A DNA stretch of 64,000 nucleotides from Actinomycetota bacterium (GTDB lineage: Bacteria; Actinomycetota; Actinomycetes; S36-B12; UBA5976). The position numbers and the translations under genes are program-made. Where the stretch lies: NCBI GenBank assembly GCA_947452765.1, contig CANGDR010000001.1, positions 194,657-258,656 of the forward strand, read 5' to 3'. Shown here in pieces: positions 57,116 to 64,000 of the stretch. How positions within the stretch are numbered: position 1 is the first letter of the stretch; each line of letters begins with the position of its first letter. A model generated the notes under the pieces. The model saw only the letters and a list, made by a program, of their open reading frames with translations. It was not told the origin of the DNA and did not search any database.

Positions 57116-58468
57116 ATGACTTCGCCAGACCTCCAAGAACTTGCCCGCGTAGAAGAGGTTTTGGAAACCCGTTGGCCGGAAACCAAGATTGAGCCAAGTC
57201 TGGACCGAATTAGCCATTTAATGACCCTGTTAGGCGATCCTCAGTTCGCTTACCCAGTCATTCACATAACTGGCACAAACGGTAAAACTTCCACTGCCCG
57301 CATGATCGAATCCTTGCTGCGTGAGCTTGGTTTGCGCACTGGCTTAGTTACCAGCCCACACCTGCACCACGTTATCGAGCGAATTCGAATCGGCGGGGAG
57401 TCGATTTCGGCACAGCGCTTCGTTGAAACGTATGACGAGATAGAACCGTACATCGCGATAGTCGACGCGGAGAGTATGGCCAATGGCGGACCTGCCATGT
57501 CTTACTTTGAAGTTCTAACTGGAATGGCATTTGCTGCGTTCGCGGATGCTCCAGTCGATGTTGCAGTGATAGAAGTTGGTATGGGCGGCGCCTGGGATGC
57601 CACAAATGTAGTTTCGCCAGTTGTTAGCGTCGTCACCCCAATCGGCTTGGATCACTCCGAATATCTAGGTGACACGATTGAAGAAATTGCCACGGAGAAA
57701 TCTGGAATCATAAAACACGAAGGTGTGGCAGTGCTCGCATTTCAATCACCGGTAGCTGCAGAAATTTTGCTACAGCGTTGCGTTGAAGTTGATGCGTCAG
57801 TTGCTCGTCAAGGCGTTGAGTTTTCCGTTCGCGATCGCGCATTAGCGATTGGTGGTCAGGTATTGACACTGGATGGCTTAAACGGAACTTACGAAGAAGT
57901 GCTATTGCCCTTGTTTGGTGAGCACCAAGCAGCCAATGCGTCAGTCGCGCTCGCCGCAGTTGAAGCATTCTTCGGGGGCACACTTGCCCTCGATAGCGAA
58001 CTTGTGCGAAGTGGCTTTGCCCAAGTGACTTCACCCGGTCGCCTTGAAGTTGTCCGCCGCAGTCCAACAGTCATTGTTGATGCTGCGCACAACCCACACG
58101 GTGCTGTAGTACTCGCATCAGCACTCGAGGAATCATTTACATTCGATCAAATCATTGGCGTTATTTCTGTCATGGGAGACAAAGATGTAATTGGAGTTTT
58201 ACAAGCACTTGAACCTGTGATGAATGAAGTAGTAGTTACCTGGAACGGCGCAGCGCGTGCGATGAGTGTTGAAAAGATTTCGGAACTCGCCCAGCAAGTT
58301 TTTGGTGAAGATCGCGTGACTATGGCTGCAGACTTACCAACTGCAATCGATAACGCAATTGCACTTGCTGACGAAGCCGGGATAACTGGAGTTGGTGTCG
58401 TTGTAACTGGTTCGGTTGTAACCGCTGCTGTCGGAAGAGCAATCATGGGACGGGCAAACGCAAAATGA
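57116..58468 (+). CDS. folC: Bifunctional folylpolyglutamate synthase / dihydrofolate synthase
   Basis: The 450 aa protein has the Mur-ligase P-loop HITGTNGKTS. Confidence 0.9.
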   Translation: MTSPDLQELARVEEVLETRWPETKIEPSLDRISHLMTLLGDPQFAYPVIHITGTNGKTSTARMIESLLRELGLRTGLVTSPHLHHVIERIRIGGESISAQRFVETYDEIEPYIAIVDAESMANGGPAMSYFEVLTGMAFAAFADAPVDVAVIEVGMGGAWDATNVVSPVVSVVTPIGLDHSEYLGDTIEEIATEKSGIIKHEGVAVLAFQSPVAAEILLQRCVEVDASVARQGVEFSVRDRALAIGGQVLTLDGLNGTYEEVLLPLFGEHQAANASVALAAVEAFFGGTLALDSELVRSGFAQVTSPGRLEVVRRSPTVIVDAAHNPHGAVVLASALEESFTFDQIIGVISVMGDKDVIGVLQALEPVMNEVVVTWNGAARAMSVEKISELAQQVFGEDRVTMAADLPTAIDNAIALADEAGITGVGVVVTGSVVTAAVGRAIMGRANAK

Positions 58469-58800
58469 AAGTAATGGGTAGTGCAATTCTGGTTTTCGAG
58501 GCAATCGTGCTGGGACTATCAATGCCGATTTCTATCGTGATTTATGGCGTTCCAAAAAGCCAGACGTTGCTGGTTACGTTCGGGCTAATGCTGCTTTGCA
58601 TTTTGGCCGTTGGCGGGGTTCGCCGTGATCGCCGTACTGCCATAAGCGTCGGCTTCTTAGTCCAGGCAATAATCATCATCGCTGGCCTAGCCATAGTGCC
58701 ATTGCTGTTCCCAGGCATTTTGTTCGCATTGATTTGGGCATTAGCTATTGTGCTGAGCAAGAAAGTCGACGAGGCAAAGGCAGCCCGCGAAACCCTTTAA
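58465..58800 (+). CDS. DUF4233-family small membrane protein
   Basis: The 111 aa protein has 3-4 hydrophobic helices. It has an ATGA overlap with folC and holds the conserved folC-ndk position seen in actinobacteria. Confidence 0.65.
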   Translation: MKVMGSAILVFEAIVLGLSMPISIVIYGVPKSQTLLVTFGLMLLCILAVGGVRRDRRTAISVGFLVQAIIIIAGLAIVPLLFPGILFALIWALAIVLSKKVDEAKAARETL

Positions 58801-58810
58801 GATTAAGAGC

Positions 58811-59218
58811 ATGTCTGAACGTACCCTTGTACTTGTAAAGCCAGATGGCGTCGAGCGTGGCCTGATTGGTGAAGTTATTTCGCGCATTGAACGAAAAGGC
58901 TTCAAAATCATCGCGCTAGAAATGCGCACTCTGGATCGATCCATTGCTGAAACGCACTACGGCGAGCACTCTGATAAGCCGTTCTTCAAGGATCTAGTTG
59001 ACTTCATTTCAGGTGGCCCACTTGTGGCTGCGGTAATCGAAGGCAATGAAGCAATTGCTGCCTGGCGCACCATGATGGGCGCGACTAACCCAGCGAACGC
59101 TGCAATGGGCACAATCCGTGGTGACCTAGCCACGGAAACGCAATTAAATGTTTCACACGGTTCGGATTCACTTGAATCAGCTGCGCGCGAGATCGCGTTG
59201 TTCTTTCCAAATCTGTAA
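58811..59218 (+). CDS. ndk: Nucleoside-diphosphate kinase
   Basis: The 135 aa protein starts [11 protein letters not shown] and has the active-site NVSHGSDS. Confidence 0.95.
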   Translation: MSERTLVLVKPDGVERGLIGEVISRIERKGFKIIALEMRTLDRSIAETHYGEHSDKPFFKDLVDFISGGPLVAAVIEGNEAIAAWRTMMGATNPANAAMGTIRGDLATETQLNVSHGSDSLESAAREIALFFPNL

Positions 59219-59227
59219 AGGTTAACT

Positions 59228-61180
59228 ATGACCGTCCAGTCTGTATTTCCGGCACTGGAACAGTTATTGCCTCGGGTGCAAAAACCTGTTCAATACGTTG
59301 GTGGCGAACTTAACGCCGTCATTAAGCAATGGGATGACACTGTTGTCCGCTGGTGCTTGATGTACCCCGATGCCTATGAAGTTGGCATTCCGAATCAAGG
59401 TGTCCAAATTCTTTATGAAGTGCTAAATGAGCGCGCCGACACATTGTGTGAACGTACCTATGCAGTTTGGCCAGATTTAGAAAAATTGATGCGCGAAAAT
59501 GGCGTACCCCAGTTCACAGTTGACGCACACCGACCAGTTGGTGCCTTTGACGCTCTTGGAGTTTCATTTTCAACTGAACTTGGCTACACAAATATGCTTA
59601 CTGCAATTGATCTAGCTGGAGTGCCATTGCACGCAGTAGACCGGGACGAAACTCATCCACTTGTGATTGCCGGTGGTCATGCTGCATTTAATCCAGAAGC
59701 AATTGCAACGTTTATCGACGGTGCAGTTCTTGGCGACGGTGAACAAGCCGTTCTTGCGATCACTGACATCATCGCCGCCTTTAAGAGTGAAGGTAGCCCT
59801 GGTGGCCGCGAAGAATTATTACTTCGGCTTTCAAAGTCAGGCGTACTTTATGTACCAGCTTTCTATGACGTCGAGTACTTGGAAGATGGTCGCATCCGCC
59901 GAGTAGCGCCAAATCGCCCAGGTGTGCCATGGCGCGTTGCAAAGCACACGGTCATGGATCTTGACGAATGGCCATATCCAAAAGCACCACTCGTTCCGAT
60001 CGCCGAAAGTGTTCACGAGCGGATGAGCGTTGAAATCTTCCGCGGCTGCACCCGCGGTTGTCGGTTCTGCCAAGCTGGCATGATTACCCGGCCGGTGCGC
60101 GAACGTTCAATGACGACCATTGCAGCCATGGTTGCAAACGGCTTGGAAAAGACGGGCTATGAGGAAATCGGCCTACTGTCACTATCAAGTGCGGATCACA
60201 GTGAAATAGCTGAGATTGCCAAGGGATTAGCGGATCGTTACGAAAACACACAGACTTCACTTTCACTCCCAAGCACTCGCGTCGATGCATTCAACATCGA
60301 CCTGGCAAATGAACTTTCCCGTAATGGCCGCCGTAGCGGTCTTACATTCGCACCTGAAGGTGGCAGCGAACGGATCCGACGCGTAATTAACAAAATGGTT
60401 TCTGAAGAAGATCTAATTCGCACCGTAACAGCTGCTTACGCATCCGGTTGGCGCCAAGTGAAGTTGTACTTCATGTGTGGCCTACCAACTGAAACTGATG
60501 AAGATGTACTTCAAATCGCTCGGTTAGCCCACGAAGTCATCAAGGCTGGCCGCGAAGCTTCGGGTCGAAACGACATTCGTTGCACGGTTTCAATCGGTGG
60601 CTTCGTGCCTAAGCCACACACCCCATTCCAATGGGCAGCGCAATTGGATCACGAGACTACGGATTCTCGACTTTACAAACTTCGTGATGCAATTCGCCAA
60701 GACAAAGCATTCGGAAAGTCAATCGGCGTTCGTTACCACGACGGTAAGCCAGGTGTAGTTGAAGGTTTGTTATCGCGTGGCGATCGCCGAGTTGGAAAAG
60801 TAATTGAACAGGTTTGGCGTGATGGTCAGCGTTTCGATGGCTGGAGCGAACATTTTTCATATGACCGATGGATGGCTGCTGCAGAAACGGCTTTTGCCGA
60901 CGAAATAGTTGACGTCAATTGGTACACCATTCGCGAGCGCGAACTCTCCGAAGTCTTACCTTGGGATCATTTAGATTCCGGACTGGACAAAGAGTGGCTT
61001 TGGGATGACTGGCAAGATTCACTTTCGGAAGTTGAAGTTGATGACTGCCGATGGACACCTTGCTTTGATTGTGGCGTATGTGACCACATGGGAACTGAAA
61101 TTCAAGTTGGTCCAACAAATGCCGTGATGTTGCCGATGCCTGCCATCCCATCGCGAGTCGTGGTTAACAGTGGCGCGTGA
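59228..61180 (+). CDS. Radical SAM protein, B12-binding-domain class (TIGR03960-like), function unknown
   Basis: The 650 aa protein has the CxxxCxxC cluster CTRGCRFCQAG and a C-terminal CRWTPCFDCGVC. Confidence 0.85.
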   Translation: MTVQSVFPALEQLLPRVQKPVQYVGGELNAVIKQWDDTVVRWCLMYPDAYEVGIPNQGVQILYEVLNERADTLCERTYAVWPDLEKLMRENGVPQFTVDAHRPVGAFDALGVSFSTELGYTNMLTAIDLAGVPLHAVDRDETHPLVIAGGHAAFNPEAIATFIDGAVLGDGEQAVLAITDIIAAFKSEGSPGGREELLLRLSKSGVLYVPAFYDVEYLEDGRIRRVAPNRPGVPWRVAKHTVMDLDEWPYPKAPLVPIAESVHERMSVEIFRGCTRGCRFCQAGMITRPVRERSMTTIAAMVANGLEKTGYEEIGLLSLSSADHSEIAEIAKGLADRYENTQTSLSLPSTRVDAFNIDLANELSRNGRRSGLTFAPEGGSERIRRVINKMVSEEDLIRTVTAAYASGWRQVKLYFMCGLPTETDEDVLQIARLAHEVIKAGREASGRNDIRCTVSIGGFVPKPHTPFQWAAQLDHETTDSRLYKLRDAIRQDKAFGKSIGVRYHDGKPGVVEGLLSRGDRRVGKVIEQVWRDGQRFDGWSEHFSYDRWMAAAETAFADEIVDVNWYTIRERELSEVLPWDHLDSGLDKEWLWDDWQDSLSEVEVDDCRWTPCFDCGVCDHMGTEIQVGPTNAVMLPMPAIPSRVVVNSGA

Positions 61181-61913
61181 TCGTGATCCTGGTCGCGAGA
61201 TAATTCCTGCGGTTCAGAAATTACGAATTCAACATGCTAAGCGCGATCGTCTGCGATTTACTTCGCACCGTGACTTTCAACGAGCATTTGAGCGAGCCCT
61301 AAAGCGCGCAAATGTGCCCATGGCATACAGCGCTGGATTTTCGCCGCATCCAAAGATTTCCTACGCCAACGCAGCGCCAACTGGTGTCGCAAGTGAAGCT
61401 GAGTACGTGGAAATCGGTGTCGTCCAACAAGTAGATCCGGACAAACTGTGCGAAGTTTTGAATGAAGTCTTGCCACCGGGACTAGACATCATTTGTGTCG
61501 TGGAAGCTCGCACGCCGGATTTCGTGGCTCGGTTAGAAGCCAGTCATTGGAAAATTGAGTTGCCAGGAGTTTCGCTAGAAACCCTAAATTCTGCAGTTTC
61601 TGGGTTCTTGGCACTGCCCGAAGTCCTAGTTGAGCGCATGACCAAATCCGGAAATCGGGTATTTGACGCTAGAACCGCGGTAATTCGCGCTGAAGTGGAG
61701 CAGGGCTCAGACTGTGCCATACTTCAAGTAGTCGTTCAGCATGGCGTGCCAACTGTTCGACCAGACGATGTTTTGGCAGCTCTACAAAAAGTTGCAGACT
61801 TCGCGATTGAGATCCCACCTCGGGTTACTCGACTGTCGCAGGGTCCGTTGCTTGCAGATGGCTGGTCCGTAGGTGATCCTTTCACCTTGGATCGCGAAGC
61901 CACACAAGCTTGA
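61170..61913 (+). CDS. Radical-SAM-associated protein (TIGR03936/DUF2344-like)
   Basis: The 247 aa protein overlaps the radical SAM gene by 11 nt. It has an RLRFTSHRDFQRAFERALKRA signature. Confidence 0.7.
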   Translation: MARDRDPGREIIPAVQKLRIQHAKRDRLRFTSHRDFQRAFERALKRANVPMAYSAGFSPHPKISYANAAPTGVASEAEYVEIGVVQQVDPDKLCEVLNEVLPPGLDIICVVEARTPDFVARLEASHWKIELPGVSLETLNSAVSGFLALPEVLVERMTKSGNRVFDARTAVIRAEVEQGSDCAILQVVVQHGVPTVRPDDVLAALQKVADFAIEIPPRVTRLSQGPLLADGWSVGDPFTLDREATQA

Positions 61914-62010
61914 GCCCGACATCGTCACTACATAGGCTTATGCGCCCTAGGGCGTGAGTGAACGCAAGACCAATGCTGCGGCATTGCTTGCGCGATAGGA
62001 GACGACTTTC

Positions 62011-64000
62011 ATGTCGGAGAACGATGTAACACCAGAATCGAAACCACGCCGTCGTGCTGCAGGTCGTCCTGCTGGCCCGCCAGTGGATGCCCCAACAGAA
62101 AAAGCTGACAAGGCAGAGAAGCCCGCAGCCAAAAAAACCACGGCTAAGAAGGCACCGGTAGCGGTACCGGTATTCCAGGCTGCACCACTGGAATCAATGC
62201 CTAACAAGAAAAAGCCAGCCGCTAAGAAATCAGCAGCAAGCGACAAGCCAGCCGCCAAGAAAGCAGCTGCAAAGAAGTCAGCTGCCGCAGAGGAAGCCAC
62301 AACTTCAGATTCAGATTCAGTTGAATCCGGCGAAGAGCGCACTGGCGGTAATAACCGAAACCGTAACCGAAATCGTCGCGGTGGCAAGAATAAGAATCGG
62401 GCAAAGAATTCAGAAACCGGCGAAGCTACCGAATCTGATGACACTTCAACTGAGGATTCAGACGACGAGTCCACAGAAAGTGCTGAAGCAAGTGCCGCTC
62501 GCAAACGTAGTCGCAAGCGCAACCGCGATACCGCTGACGGTGAATCAGGTTCAACGCGCCTAGACGCCAAACGAAACCGTCGCCGTGATGGCCGGGATGC
62601 TGGGCGTCGCCGCACCCCAATTTTGTCCGAGTCGGAATTTCTAGCACGCCGCGAAAACGTTGAACGCGTGATGGTGGTTCGACAGCAAGGTATTCGAACC
62701 CAGATTGCAGTTCTTGAAGATGGCGTAGTTGTTGAGCATTACATCAACCAGTCAAGTAGTGGTTCGTTAGTTGGCAACGTTTACTTAGGTCGAGTCCAGA
62801 ACGTACTTCCAGGTATGGAAGCTGCCTTCGTTGACATCGGTAAGGGTCGCAATGCTGTTCTGTACGCAGGTGAAGTTAATTGGGATGCTGCTGGCCTAGA
62901 TGGCCAACCAAAGAAAATTGAAACCGCACTTAAATCAGGTGACCCTATTTTGGTTCAGGTAACTAAAGATCCAGTAGGACAAAAGGGTGCCCGACTAACG
63001 AGCCAAATCTCGTTACCAGGTCGCTTCTTGGTTTATGTTCCAAATAATCCAATGACTGGCATTTCACGCAAACTTCCAGATCGGGAACGTTCCCGCCTCA
63101 AGACAATTTTGAAGGCGGTAGTTCCAGAAGACGGTGGCGTAATTGTTCGCACCGCTGCTGAAGGGGCTAGTGAAGAAGAGTTAGGCCGCGACGTAGCCCG
63201 ATTGGCAGCTCAGTGGACTGACATCGAAGCCAAGTCAAAGACAGCTTCACCGCCAACCATGCTTTACGGCGAACCAGATATTTCCATCAAGGTAGTTCGT
63301 GACATCTTCAACGAGGATGTAAAGAAGCTTGTGGTCTCTGGTGCTGAGGCTTGGGAAACAGTTGAACAATATGTTTCTTACGTTGCTCCTGATTTAGCAG
63401 ATCGCTTAGAGAAGTATGTTGGCACTGGTGATGTATTTACTGAGTACCGCGTGGATGAACAAATTGCTAAGGCACTTGATCGCAAGGTTTACTTGCCATC
63501 CGGTGGCTCACTAGTAATCGACCGCACCGAAGCTATGACAGTTGTGGACGTTAACACTGGAAAGTTCATCGGCCAGGGCGGCAACTTGGAACAGACGGTT
63601 ACCAAGAACAACTTGGAAGCGGCTGAAGAAATCGTTCGCCAGCTCCGTCTTCGTGACATCGGTGGAATTATCGTTATCGACTTCATCGACATGGTGCTGG
63701 AAAGCAACCGCGACCAGGTTATTCGCCGCTTAATTGAATGCCTGGGTCGGGATCGAACCAAGCATCAAGTCGCTGAAGTGACCTCACTTGGACTCGTCCA
63801 AATGACCCGAAAGCGCATTGGCGCTGGACTTTTGGAAGTATTTAGCGATAGCTGTGACCACTGCCAAGGCCGTGGCGCAGTTATCAACATGGATGGCCAT
63901 GACGCCCCAAAACCGCCTAAAAATAAGGGCAAAAAGGGAAATCATGACCACTCAAGCGATGAATCAACAGATTCTGAGCCAGAATCCGCCGACTCGGTTT
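62011..64000 (+). CDS. rne: Ribonuclease E/G, partial (continues past the window end)
   Basis: The frame is open from ATG 62011 (AGGAG upstream) to the window edge. The ~200 aa low-complexity Lys/Arg/Ala/Asn-rich N-terminus includes NNRNRNRNRRGGKNKNR. An S1 domain follows (GNVYLGRVQNVLPGMEAAFVDIGKGRNAVLY), then the catalytic core (VIDRTEAMTVVDVNTGKF, IGGIIVIDFIDM). It is missing from the ORF track because it runs off the edge. Confidence 0.9.
   Translation, partial: MSENDVTPESKPRRRAAGRPAGPPVDAPTEKADKAEKPAAKKTTAKKAPVAVPVFQAAPLESMPNKKKPAAKKSAASDKPAAKKAAAKKSAAAEEATTSDSDSVESGEERTGGNNRNRNRNRRGGKNKNRAKNSETGEATESDDTSTEDSDDESTESAEASAARKRSRKRNRDTADGESGSTRLDAKRNRRRDGRDAGRRRTPILSESEFLARRENVERVMVVRQQGIRTQIAVLEDGVVVEHYINQSSSGSLVGNVYLGRVQNVLPGMEAAFVDIGKGRNAVLYAGEVNWDAAGLDGQPKKIETALKSGDPILVQVTKDPVGQKGARLTSQISLPGRFLVYVPNNPMTGISRKLPDRERSRLKTILKAVVPEDGGVIVRTAAEGASEEELGRDVARLAAQWTDIEAKSKTASPPTMLYGEPDISIKVVRDIFNEDVKKLVVSGAEAWETVEQYVSYVAPDLADRLEKYVGTGDVFTEYRVDEQIAKALDRKVYLPSGGSLVIDRTEAMTVVDVNTGKFIGQGGNLEQTVTKNNLEAAEEIVRQLRLRDIGGIIVIDFIDMVLESNRDQVIRRLIECLGRDRTKHQVAEVTSLGLVQMTRKRIGAGLLEVFSDSCDHCQGRGAVINMDGHDAPKPPKNKGKKGNHDHSSDESTDSEPESADSV

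Noticed and set aside
61947-62615. 222 aa minus-strand ORF rich in Arg/Ser/Ala (RRRPASRPSRRRFRLASRR...)
   Set aside because: It is exactly antisense to the low-complexity Lys/Arg/Ala/Asp-rich N-terminal region of rne, which keeps the opposite strand free of stop codons. It has no RBS or family signature, and the plus-strand frame continues into a clear S1/RNase E core.

Overview
The window is an almost fully coding chromosomal segment from an actinobacterium. That assignment rests on the tig-clpP1-clpP2-clpX-valS-folC-ndk-rne backbone, frequent GTG/TTG starts and 4-nt ATGA stop/start overlaps. All calls come from reading the ORF translations for family motifs and the DNA for repeats and hairpins; no alignments or searches were run.

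Left half (1-33.2 kb): one contiguous quaternary-amine/C1 oxidation supercluster.
- betA (partial)-folD-soxGADB-dimethylglycine oxidase.
- A ProVWX/OpuA-type betaine ABC importer with betB and an IclR regulator.
- A non-pyrrolysine MttB-family methyltransferase translationally coupled to fhs.
- Divergently, an 11-gene tightly overlapped operon: IclR, corrinoid protein, MetV-like, MetF-like, methyl-THF:corrinoid methyltransferase, RamA/RACo-like reductive activase, DUF1638 and FdsG-FdsB-FdsA-FdsD (a Cys-type molybdenum formate dehydrogenase).
- moeA, mobA and fdhD follow.

The most interesting signal is this fusion of an O2-independent corrinoid demethylation module to a reverse methyl-branch route (MetVF, FolD, Fhs, FDH). 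It sits beside O2-dependent oxidases (DMGO, Sox).

Right half: conserved actinobacterial backbone genes (tRNA-His, orn, tRNA-Arg, ettA, glbO, pepN, DsbA-like, rpiB, tRNA-Gly, tRNA-Pro, tig, clpP1P2, clpX, valS, folC, ndk, a radical-SAM pair, rne). Two amine-handling modules interrupt it: a permease with a PLP decarboxylase, and a copper amine oxidase with a permease.

Non-coding oddities:
- A 17-bp perfect inverted repeat over an iclR start codon.
- An 11-mer shared by two promoter regions of the cluster.
- A 39-bp duplication of the tRNA-His 3-prime half.
- 32-bp T-arm-like direct repeats next to tRNA-Gly.
- A 41-bp tandem repeat that re-copies the tig stop codon.
- A probable deletion scar (truncated mscS plus a DUF2867 fragment).

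No CRISPR array, integrase, transposase or recognisable defence system was seen.
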